Source of the DNA: an uncultured SAR86 cluster bacterium
GTDB taxonomy: Bacteria; Pseudomonadota; Gammaproteobacteria; Magnimaribacterales; Magnimaribacteraceae
Direction of reading: 5' to 3'
Length of the DNA stretch: 64,000 nt
Assembly (NCBI GenBank): GCA_902605935.1
Contig: CACLEI010000002.1
Coordinates: 2,302 to 66,301, forward strand
Of the stretch, positions 41,550 to 50,311 are shown one piece after another. Numbering within the stretch: position 1 is the first letter of the stretch; each line of letters begins with the position of its first letter. Position numbers and translations under genes: made by a program. The notes beneath the pieces are model-generated. The model had not been told where the DNA came from and made no database searches. It saw only the letters and a list, made by a program, of their open reading frames with translations.

Positions 41550-42599
41550 TTATTCTCTTGAGACCTTTATTAAGGCTGAACCTAAATTAGCAACATAAAA
41601 TGGCTGAGATTCGTCTCCAATTATCATTCCAGTTAGTAGACCAGGCATCTCTCCAGTCAATTCTGGTGAGAGTAAGTCTGCAAAACCATTTCCAATCTCC
41701 ATTCTTCTAATACCTTCTTCCATATTCTCAAGACCAACTTCTGTTTGCGCATCAAAAACTACATAAGATTCACCGTTTTCTGGATCAATTGAGTAGATTT
41801 GGTTTGATAAAGGAGATGCAACCCATAACTGGCCTTCACTATTAAGCTCCATATTATCTGGAGTAGGCATAATTGCTAAGGTGGTTTGATTTGATAAAGA
41901 TCCGGTAGATATGTCTAAATCAAAAGCTAAAACTCTATTTTTCATCATCTCAGAAAGATACAATTTATTCCTCTTTTCATCTATGTAAAATCCATTTGCA
42001 AAATATAAATCTTCCACTATTAGTTCAGGCTTGGAAAGAGTTCCCTCTTCTGAAATGGGAAGTCTGTATAAAGCACCATCTGGAATGGCTTTGTCGAGTG
42101 CACCAAATAATCTTTCTTCATTTTGATTTTCGGTTGACTGAGTGAACCAGAGAGAACCTGTTGAATCTTCTCTTGCTGTATTCGCACCATATTTGTGGGC
42201 GTAAATTATTTCAGTGGAGCTATTTTCTATTGATGTTTTATAAATCTTTCCATTAAAAACATCAGCCGTGATGATGTGTTTCTTGTCTGGTGTGAGATGA
42301 ACTCCATTGGGTCCAGATTCAACTTTAGGAGGATTATGCTCATAATCTAAAGATTCGAAACCTCCAAAAGGAGTTACATTTCCAGATAGATCTATCTTGG
42401 ATAGGCCATATCTTTGATCAGCAACTATTAAAGTTCCATTTGAAAGGATCACACCATCTTCAGCTCTAGAAAGCTTTGAACCCTCTGGATATTCAACTCC
42501 ATCAGAGAATTTCCAGGACTTTTCATTCGAACAAGAAATTATTGCTAGAAGAAGGGGTAGAAAAAAAAATTTTCTAATAAATATATTTTTTACGCGCAT
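41550..42599 (-). CDS. SMP-30/gluconolactonase/strictosidine-synthase-like lipoprotein
   Basis: Lipobox ISC; AEDG, PNG, FANG and PDN beta-propeller motifs. Confidence 0.82.
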   Translation of the reverse strand: MRVKNIFIRKFFFLPLLLAIISCSNEKSWKFSDGVEYPEGSKLSRAEDGVILSNGTLIVADQRYGLSKIDLSGNVTPFGGFESLDYEHNPPKVESGPNGVHLTPDKKHIITADVFNGKIYKTSIENSSTEIIYAHKYGANTAREDSTGSLWFTQSTENQNEERLFGALDKAIPDGALYRLPISEEGTLSKPELIVEDLYFANGFYIDEKRNKLYLSEMMKNRVLAFDLDISTGSLSNQTTLAIMPTPDNMELNSEGQLWVASPLSNQIYSIDPENGESYVVFDAQTEVGLENMEEGIRRMEIGNGFADLLSPELTGEMPGLLTGMIIGDESQPFYVANLGSALIKVSRE

Positions 42600-42622
42600 G
42601 CTGTTTCCTTTTTTAATTTAAC

Positions 42623-42713
42623 TGGCGGAGAGGGAGGGATTCGAACCCTCGATAGGGGATTACCCTATACTCCCTTAGCAGGGGAGCGCTTTCAACCACT
42701 CAGCCACCTCTCC
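42623..42713 (-). tRNA. tRNA-Ser(GCT)
   Basis: GGAGAGG...CTCCC-CT-GCT-AA-GGGAG, long variable arm, TTCGAAT, CCTCTCC-G-CCA. Confidence 0.97.
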
Positions 42714-42741
42714 GGGACCGTCTATTCTAAGGCTATGTCTA

Positions 42742-44361
42742 TTATTGTCTAATGGAATCTGCTGCCTTCTCGGCAATCATGATTGTAGGTGCATTAGTAT
42801 TACCTCCAATCAAGGTAGGCATGATTGAAGCGTCTACAACCCGCAAACCTTCAAGGCCATGCACCTGTAAATTATTATTTACAACCGCCATGTCGTCATC
42901 ACCCATTTTGCAAGTGCCTACAGGATGATATAGGGTTTCTCCTGTATTTCGAATCCACTCATCGAGTTGATCATCATCGTCAACATCTACATCACTACCA
43001 GGCTTAGATTGATCTCCTCTGTAAGGATCAAATGCCTTTTGTAAAAAAACTCTTCTTGTTTCTCTAAGTGCATTTCTGGTGTCTATCATGTCTTGTTCTT
43101 CAGATAAATAATTCGGGAACATAAGAGGCTCATCACTTGGGTCAGAGCTTTTGAGTGCTATATGCCCCCTACTTTGTGGTCTACATATGTAAATTACAGC
43201 TGTGAATCCATGATCCTTATCCACACCTTCTCGACCATGAAGGTCCTTTGTCTGGATAGAAGTAAAGTGAAGTTGAGTGTCTGGAATATCTTTATCAGGA
43301 CTAGATTTGAAGAAAGCTCCAGCACTTGTTGGAGGATATGCAGCATCTCCAGTACCAAACAAAAGGTATTTCACTCCCGATAAGCCTGTATTTAATAAAC
43401 CAGCTGATCTATGAAGTGTTACTGGCTGAGTTGCATAAAAGGAATTTAGTACTCCGTAATGATCTTGAAGATTTTTTCCTACTCCTTTTAATTCATGAAC
43501 AGTATTTATATTATGTTTTTTTAATTCTTCAGAGTCTCCTATTCCGCTATTCATTAGTATCTGAGGAGAATTAATAGCCCCAGCAGACAAAATGATTTCC
43601 TTATTTGATTTACAGATGATTGTCTCTCCATCTTTTAGATACTCAACACCGATGGCTTTTTTCCCTTCAAAAAGGATCTTATTAACTTGTACATTTGTCT
43701 CAGTTGAAAGGTTTTTTCTCTTGAGTGCGGGATGAAGATACGCTCTTGCAGCGCTCCATCTTCTAGGTCCAAAAGTTGTATCCTTCATTGTGTGTTCGTA
43801 TCTAGAGAATCCCTCTTGTTCTTTACCATTAAAGTCATCGGTTAATGGGAAACCGGCTTCTTGGCCTGCTTCTAGAAAAACATCCATTAAAAGATCATCT
43901 GTTCGGGAAGATTTTTTTACATTCAATGGTCCATCAAATCCATGAAATTCATCATCACCATCACCTTGAAAATTTTCAGCTTTTTTAAAATACGGCAGAA
44001 CATCATCATATGACCATCCTGTATTACCAAGCTGTCTCCATAGATCATAGTCATAGGAGTGACCACGAATATAGACCATAGCATTTATCGAAGATGAACC
44101 ACCCCAAACCTTACCTCTTGGCCAGTAAAGTTTTCTATTATTAGTAGTTGGTTCAGGCTGAGTCTCATAACCATAATTTAGGTTACTTTTTTTAGGTACT
44201 ATTTGTGAATAGCCTGAGGGCATATGAATAAAGAAGTTTCTATCTTTGCCACCCGCTTCAATACTAAGAACAGAATCTTTTCCATTCTCAGAGAGTCTAT
44301 TAGCCATTACACAACCCGCACTCCCAGCACCAATGACGATGTAGTCAAAATTTCTTTCCAT
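42742..44361 (-). CDS. GMC oxidoreductase (choline dehydrogenase-like)
   Basis: GAGSAGC, GGSSSINAMVYIRG, YHPVGTC, GNTNAPTIMIAEK. Confidence 0.92.
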   Translation of the reverse strand: MERNFDYIVIGAGSAGCVMANRLSENGKDSVLSIEAGGKDRNFFIHMPSGYSQIVPKKSNLNYGYETQPEPTTNNRKLYWPRGKVWGGSSSINAMVYIRGHSYDYDLWRQLGNTGWSYDDVLPYFKKAENFQGDGDDEFHGFDGPLNVKKSSRTDDLLMDVFLEAGQEAGFPLTDDFNGKEQEGFSRYEHTMKDTTFGPRRWSAARAYLHPALKRKNLSTETNVQVNKILFEGKKAIGVEYLKDGETIICKSNKEIILSAGAINSPQILMNSGIGDSEELKKHNINTVHELKGVGKNLQDHYGVLNSFYATQPVTLHRSAGLLNTGLSGVKYLLFGTGDAAYPPTSAGAFFKSSPDKDIPDTQLHFTSIQTKDLHGREGVDKDHGFTAVIYICRPQSRGHIALKSSDPSDEPLMFPNYLSEEQDMIDTRNALRETRRVFLQKAFDPYRGDQSKPGSDVDVDDDDQLDEWIRNTGETLYHPVGTCKMGDDDMAVVNNNLQVHGLEGLRVVDASIMPTLIGGNTNAPTIMIAEKAADSIRQ

Positions 44362-44431
44362 TAAATTCCCCTAATTAAGATTTTAGAATAAGCAATTCTA
44401 AGCTAAAAACAAGTAATAAAAATGGAAAGAT

Positions 44432-44980
44432 TTAAGAATAGTTATCTGCGTAAGAATGATTTACTTCGCTATGTTTTTGTTCATCATTTCTTACGGCTAT
44501 TATTAGATCAGAAAGTTTAGCATTACGATCTAATCCGTAATATTGAATGGCAAGCAAAGGAGCTTGGAAATTTTCAATTTCACCATCTTCAACCTTTTGT
44601 AAATACTCTGTGTAACTCTTTACAGCCTCATCTTCGAAATAACCGATCATTCTATGGGCTGTCCTGGTGAAAAATAAATACATTATTAAGTAAAAAAACC
44701 CGAATATCATTTGCGCTAATAGGACAAGGAGTCTCTCAAAAAAATTAGGTTTCGCTATTTCAATAAAGAACATCAGATGCATTCTTTCATTTTCAGCTTC
44801 CGCCAACATCTCTCTGATAGATTCACCGTAACCCACTTTCATAGATCTGAGGCTCTTAAAATGCATCAGTACCCCAGCTACCATTCCAGGCACTCCTGCA
44901 ACTGTCTCCAAGACAACAGCCCTATGCCCGTATCTATCAACAAAAAAGGTGTCGGCTATGAATCTAAAGAAGCGAGTCAT
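44432..44980 (-). CDS. aox: Alternative (ubiquinol) oxidase; start may lie upstream
   Basis: LETVAGVPGMV, EAENERMHL, GYFEDEA, RNDEQKH di-iron motifs. Confidence 0.95.
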   Translation of the reverse strand: MTRFFRFIADTFFVDRYGHRAVVLETVAGVPGMVAGVLMHFKSLRSMKVGYGESIREMLAEAENERMHLMFFIEIAKPNFFERLLVLLAQMIFGFFYLIMYLFFTRTAHRMIGYFEDEAVKSYTEYLQKVEDGEIENFQAPLLAIQYYGLDRNAKLSDLIIAVRNDEQKHSEVNHSYADNYS

Positions 44981-45103
44981 AGAGTGAGCGAATTTGTCCG
45001 ATATTAAACCCGGAAGCGTGGTTATGAGAGTTTTGATATTATTAAGACTTATATGTTGGTATAAGCAACGATTATATAGAGTAAATTTTAAAAGTAAATT
45101 CTT

Positions 45104-45985
45104 TTATGCGCCTTTAATATGACCAATAATCTTTTGAGTGATTTCTTCTGTAAGTTCCTCAGGTATTTCATGCCCCACCCCTTCCAAAGTCATCAATTCC
45201 GCATTTTTTATGCCTTCTGCTAGAGCCTGTCCATGGTCATAAGGAAGTATTGCATCTTCTGTTCCATGAATTACTAATGTAGGGATATCTATCTCAGATA
45301 ATCTCACTCCTCGATGAGGACTTTGACCTACAGCTGCTCCATGTCCTGGAAAAGGATTGTGCCCATGAGCAATAACATCCTTAGCTTGTTCTCTAAATTT
45401 TTCTTCATTAAATGGAAATCTAGAACCACTTAAAACTCTATAATTTACTACTAGAGCATCCTCATACTCGCCTTCCATATTCAATTTCATGGATTCAATA
45501 ATAGCCTCCATCATCTCTTGTGTGGGACCTTGCAGATTTGAATCTTCAAGTCCGATACCTGGAGATGACATTATAGGAGTTAATGATGAAACCCGTTCCG
45601 GGTAATCTAAACCTAATACTTGGGTAATCATGCCCCCCATAGAAGCGCCTATGATATGAGCTTTTTGTATATTTAAATGATCCATAAGTCCCACAGCATC
45701 GGAAGCCATATCCTCTAGTGTATAAGAGACTTCAGAGGCTACAACTGATCCAGCATCAATATTAAAGGTTGGCTCAGTGGTAACCCAAGTGCTTTTACCA
45801 ACATCCCTATTGTCAAATCTAACAACGTGAAAACCTGATTCTACAATTGGATTTATGAAATCCTCTCTCCATAAAAGTGCATTTGCATTCGCACCCATAA
45901 TCAAAAGGACGGTTGGGTTAGAGGGATTGCCGAAGTCTTCCCACCAAATATTGATGCTGTTAACTTCGGCTATTCCTTCAGACAT
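45104..45985 (-). CDS. Alpha/beta hydrolase
   Basis: RFDNRDVGKS, GASMGG, IHGTED, GVGH. Confidence 0.9.
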   Translation of the reverse strand: MSEGIAEVNSINIWWEDFGNPSNPTVLLIMGANANALLWREDFINPIVESGFHVVRFDNRDVGKSTWVTTEPTFNIDAGSVVASEVSYTLEDMASDAVGLMDHLNIQKAHIIGASMGGMITQVLGLDYPERVSSLTPIMSSPGIGLEDSNLQGPTQEMMEAIIESMKLNMEGEYEDALVVNYRVLSGSRFPFNEEKFREQAKDVIAHGHNPFPGHGAAVGQSPHRGVRLSEIDIPTLVIHGTEDAILPYDHGQALAEGIKNAELMTLEGVGHEIPEELTEEITQKIIGHIKGA

Positions 45986-45990
45986 ATAGA

Positions 45991-48378
45991 TTAGAAATTT
46001 CTTCTAAACTCTACGCCATATCTTCTAGGTTCACCCCAATAATCGGTTGTCATACCAAGGCTGAAGTTAGTCCCTCCAATCTCGATATCTCCAGATTGGC
46101 TAAGCATAGTATTGACATAATCTTCATCAGTAAGGTTTGTTCCCCACAATGAAATAGAAGTTTGTCCATCAGCAAGGTTCCATGTAATTCTTGCATCTAC
46201 AAGCTCATAATCATCAGCGACGGATGAAGGTACATCTTCTAACGTATAATTTTCTTCATCATGATAACTGATACCTATAGTACTTTGGATATCAGATCCA
46301 TCACCAAGATCATAGGTGTGAATTAAGCTAACATCCCAAGTAAGACGATCATCATTACCACCAAAACCTGTGTCACTAATATCTCTCTGTACTACCTGAG
46401 TAGATAGAGAACCATCAGCGTTTGTTACAGTCGTATTATCTTCTATTATGAATTCATCATACTCACCTTCAAAGGTAGCTAACATTGCAGTTAAAACTAA
46501 AGAATCAGACAACTGGGCAAGAACTTCAAATTCCATACCTTCTAAAGTAGCTTCTTGTGCGTTAACCAAATCAGCAATTGGAGTACCATTAACAATTCTT
46601 CCAACCGTAACCTGTTGGTTTTCGTATGATGTGCTAAATACAGTAGCGTTTACTCTTAGTCTGTTATCTAAGAATTCACCCTTCATTCCAAATTCGTAGT
46701 TATCAGATGTTTCAGGTAAGAAACGTCTCATAGCAACGTCACCATTAAAACCACCACTTGAATATCCCTTACTATAACTAGCATAGAAAAGAACATCATC
46801 AGTTTGCTGGTAACTTAAAATCGCTCTTGGAGTTGTCTCGCTATACTCAACTGTTCTTGTACATCTGTCTGATGTAGCAAAGCCAAAGGCATTTGTAACC
46901 ATGCCAGGACAAGCATAGAAAAGATTAAAGGTACCTGGCATTCCAATAGCGGCCGCATCTTCGTAAAGCTTGGAACTTCTTGTATATTCTCTTTCATCTT
47001 CGGTGTATCTTGCACCTATAGTCAGATCTAATTTATCGCTTAGACCATAAGTTCCTTCAAAAAATACAGCCTGGTTTTGCATATTGGTGATACTACCCTG
47101 AGTTTCACTTCCTAGTAATTTAGTTTGCAATGCAACTGCTGCAAGAGCAGGAGGCAGTAAAGGTGAAGGATTAACGCCTCTAAAAAGAGGAACGTCTATA
47201 ACTGCTTCGCCATCCTCTTCAAAAGCATATAAACCAACTACCCAGTCCATATTTTCAGTTGATCCTGAGAGTCTCAACTCTTGTGACCATTGTTCATGAC
47301 TCATTGTGTCATCATGGATTTCTAAAAAATTTACGCCAGGTCCATTTCCCATCACCCATCCCCATGTGCCATTGAAAGCATCTAACTCTGAGTAGTTAGT
47401 AATGGACTCAATAGTTCCAACTTCCGTTTCAAAGATTTGAGTTAGGGTAATAGAATCTTTTTCAGCCGTATTGTTCTCATTAGGAGAAGTATCCAGAGAA
47501 ACATCTTTTGTTGTAGACCTACAGTTTGCTTTTAAAGCATCGTATATTCCAAAAATGTTTGCCACTGCTCCAAGTCCTCCAGAAAGAGCTCCATTTTCAG
47601 GACCAGTGAATCGACAAGAACCCAAAGCAGCTCTTTCATCTTGATCAAATCTACTAAATGCTAAGTTTGCTGTGTAAGCATCCGTATCGTATTTAAGCTG
47701 CGCCCTAAAGGATGTTGTATCTTCATTTCCTCTATCATTTCCAGTGATGGAATTAATAATAAAACCATCGGTTTCTTTGGTTAAGAAAGAAAATCTAAAT
47801 GCTAAAGAATCGCTTAGAGGTGTATTAAACATACCTTCAATCAGTTGATGACTATCCGAACCAGCACCTAATCTAATCTTAGCTTCAGTTTCCTGAGTGG
47901 GTTGATTAGTAATAATGTTTATCAATCCTGCAGTAGTATTTTTACCAAATAGAGTCCCTTGAGGTCCTCTTAGAACTTCCACTCGTTGAAGATCATACAA
48001 ATCAACCAATCCTCCTTGAGGTCTGGCTGCATAAACACCATCTGTGTATAGGCCAATTTTTGGATCATGGGGTATGGCCCAGTTAGCCTGGCCAATTCCC
48101 CTCATATAGACTTCCAAAACACCACTATTTACTGCAGATCCTTGAATACTCAGGTTAGGAGCCAGTTTTTCAATATCTGTTAGTTTTACAATATTCCTAA
48201 TCTCTAGCTGTTCTTCATTTAAAGCACTTATAGGTATTGGAACACTTTGTGAATACTCAGCCCTCTTACGCGCCGTTACAACTACTTCATCGAACACAGA
48301 TGCTTCTTCCTCTGCGAAGATACTCGTTGAAGGAATAGTTATGAGCGAAAGGCATAATAAAAAAATCCTTGTTTTCAT
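45991..48378 (-). CDS. TonB-dependent receptor
   Basis: Signal peptide, EVVVTARKR, EVLRGPQGTLFGKN, C-terminal PRRYGVEFRRNF. Confidence 0.95.
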   Translation of the reverse strand: MKTRIFLLCLSLITIPSTSIFAEEEASVFDEVVVTARKRAEYSQSVPIPISALNEEQLEIRNIVKLTDIEKLAPNLSIQGSAVNSGVLEVYMRGIGQANWAIPHDPKIGLYTDGVYAARPQGGLVDLYDLQRVEVLRGPQGTLFGKNTTAGLINIITNQPTQETEAKIRLGAGSDSHQLIEGMFNTPLSDSLAFRFSFLTKETDGFIINSITGNDRGNEDTTSFRAQLKYDTDAYTANLAFSRFDQDERAALGSCRFTGPENGALSGGLGAVANIFGIYDALKANCRSTTKDVSLDTSPNENNTAEKDSITLTQIFETEVGTIESITNYSELDAFNGTWGWVMGNGPGVNFLEIHDDTMSHEQWSQELRLSGSTENMDWVVGLYAFEEDGEAVIDVPLFRGVNPSPLLPPALAAVALQTKLLGSETQGSITNMQNQAVFFEGTYGLSDKLDLTIGARYTEDEREYTRSSKLYEDAAAIGMPGTFNLFYACPGMVTNAFGFATSDRCTRTVEYSETTPRAILSYQQTDDVLFYASYSKGYSSGGFNGDVAMRRFLPETSDNYEFGMKGEFLDNRLRVNATVFSTSYENQQVTVGRIVNGTPIADLVNAQEATLEGMEFEVLAQLSDSLVLTAMLATFEGEYDEFIIEDNTTVTNADGSLSTQVVQRDISDTGFGGNDDRLTWDVSLIHTYDLGDGSDIQSTIGISYHDEENYTLEDVPSSVADDYELVDARITWNLADGQTSISLWGTNLTDEDYVNTMLSQSGDIEIGGTNFSLGMTTDYWGEPRRYGVEFRRNF

Positions 48379-48469
48379 TTTTTCCCCTTTTTTTTAGTGA
48401 AATTTAATCTATGTAAGAAACCACTTTACTATCTTATGTAACATTTAGACAGCTTTTGAGTGAAGAGAC

Positions 48470-49045
48470 TTATGTAATTTTTGTCAAAAAATCGTCGATA
48501 TTTAGCTCTGGAATAGATTTTCCCTGTTTAGACGGAGTTCCAACGTAAAGATAACCTATTATCTCTGAATTTTCCGGTAACTTTAAAGCCTCAACTACAT
48601 ATGGGTTAAAGGCCATTTTTCCTGTTCTCCAGACAGCTCCATAACCCAATGAATCAATTGCAAGGAGAATGTTTTGTGCTGAAGCGCCTAATGAAAGTAA
48701 TTGTTCTACTTTAGGTACCTTGGGATGTTCTTTAACATCTGCAACAAGAACTATAATCATAGGTGCTCTGAAAGGAGCATTTTCTAACTTTTGTTTTAGT
48801 TCTTCAGTTAGAGTATCAGAATCCTTCTTCGCCGCATCTAAAAAAGCCTTAGAGAGTTTATGTCTTCCTTCTCCTCTTACTTCCAGATATCGCCAAGGTC
48901 TAAGCCAAGCATGGTCAGGAGCACGTAACGCAGCTTTATATACTTCAATCATCTCTTCTTCTGAAGGGGCAGGCTCATCAAGAAATGGGATTGAGTTTCG
49001 TGTCTGTATATCTTTTAAGATTGACATAATTTTAGATTTACTCAT
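48470..49045 (-). CDS. Nitroreductase (YdjA-like)
   Basis: RAPDHAWLRPWR, RAPMII, GYGAVWRTG. Confidence 0.9.
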   Translation of the reverse strand: MSKSKIMSILKDIQTRNSIPFLDEPAPSEEEMIEVYKAALRAPDHAWLRPWRYLEVRGEGRHKLSKAFLDAAKKDSDTLTEELKQKLENAPFRAPMIIVLVADVKEHPKVPKVEQLLSLGASAQNILLAIDSLGYGAVWRTGKMAFNPYVVEALKLPENSEIIGYLYVGTPSKQGKSIPELNIDDFLTKIT

Positions 49046-49109
49046 TTTACTATACTTGCAATGTATAAATTAGATTATCTTCATTTAAACTTAATCTATA
49101 ATTGCCTCC

Positions 49110-50108
49110 ATGAAAGGCATTCTTTTAATAAATTTGGGCTCTCCTAAGGACTTAGAATTTGTATCAATCAAAGATTATTTAAAAGAGTTTTTATCAGATG
49201 ATCTTGTCATCGATTACCCGAAATTTTTACAGCAAATTCTTGTGAATTGGATAATTGTTCCTTCCAGATATAAAAAAACTCGAGAAGCTTATTCAGAGAT
49301 ATGGACTGATCAAGGCTCACCTCTTATAAATAGCACTTTACATTTAGGAGAAAAAATAAGCTCTAAGGCAGGAGTTCCTGTTGAAGTCTCTATGAGATAC
49401 CAATATCCAAGTATTGAAGAGGGTTTGCTTAAGCTGAAAAATAAAGGTTGCTCTGACATTTTTGTTGTTCCTCTATACCCACATTATGCAATGTCGACTA
49501 CATTGACTACAGAAAATGAAGTGAAAAGAATAGCAAGTGAACTGAATTTAGAACTCAATTTAAGATTTATTGGTACTTTCTTCGATAAGGAAGAATACAT
49601 AAAAAGTTTAAGCACCGTGATAGCTAAGAACAGACAAGAAGAAAGCGACTTTCTTTTATTTAGCTATCATGGAATTCCAAATCGCCATCTTTTGAAAACA
49701 GATCCGACAAAAAATCACTGTCTTAAGGTTGAAAATTGTTGTGATGTTCAATCAGATGCAACACCTTTCTGTTATAAAGCTCAAGTTTTAGAAACATCTA
49801 AGTTGTGTGTAAACAACTTGAATTTAAAAGATCATGAGTGGGGAGTTTCCTTCCAGTCTCGTATAGGTCCTGGCTGGATAGAGCCTTTTACAGATAAAGA
49901 GTTGGTCAATTTAGTCAATCAGGGAATAAAGAAACTAGATGTTGTTTGTCCCGCATTCGTAATAGACAACCTTGAAACACTTGAAGAAATGAACATCAGT
50001 GGTAGGGAGACTTTTTTGGATGCTGGCGGCGAATCTTTTAATTACATACCTTGCTTAAATACGGAGGAATCTTGGGTAGATTTCCTCGTCACAGCCTCAA
50101 AAAGGTAA
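49110..50108 (+). CDS. hemH: Ferrochelatase
   Basis: LINLGSP, PLYPHY, FSYHGIP, SFQSR, DNLETLEE. Confidence 0.95.
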   Translation: MKGILLINLGSPKDLEFVSIKDYLKEFLSDDLVIDYPKFLQQILVNWIIVPSRYKKTREAYSEIWTDQGSPLINSTLHLGEKISSKAGVPVEVSMRYQYPSIEEGLLKLKNKGCSDIFVVPLYPHYAMSTTLTTENEVKRIASELNLELNLRFIGTFFDKEEYIKSLSTVIAKNRQEESDFLLFSYHGIPNRHLLKTDPTKNHCLKVENCCDVQSDATPFCYKAQVLETSKLCVNNLNLKDHEWGVSFQSRIGPGWIEPFTDKELVNLVNQGIKKLDVVCPAFVIDNLETLEEMNISGRETFLDAGGESFNYIPCLNTEESWVDFLVTASKR

Positions 50109-50311
50109 AAGGGATCCAGGGGCCTGAATCCCTTTCTTAATCATCCTTTGGGGAGGGGTATGATTAATCTGTTAATATTTAAAGTCTGTAACAGATTCCG
50201 ACTAGGGTTAGAACGAGTCCACTGCGCTTGGGACTCGTTCTAGGGCGCGTATGTAATAACCAATCTTCTAAAGTTATTACAGGGCTGCACTAAATCAACC
50301 TAAGGTTGATT
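50105..50311 (-). ncRNA. Putative structured ncRNA of six consecutive hairpins ending in an intrinsic terminator
   Basis: Inverted repeats at 50111-132, 50137-167, 50166-197, 50209-242, 50252-281 and 50293-311. G-U pairs and the U-tail favour the minus strand. Confidence 0.65.

Noticed and set aside
50105-50311. Hairpin cluster as CRISPR, REP array, 6S RNA, SRP, tmRNA or CsrB/RsmZ
   Set aside because: The stems differ in sequence. There is no long rod with a central bubble, no SRP loop motif, no tRNA-like ends and no repeated GGA loops.
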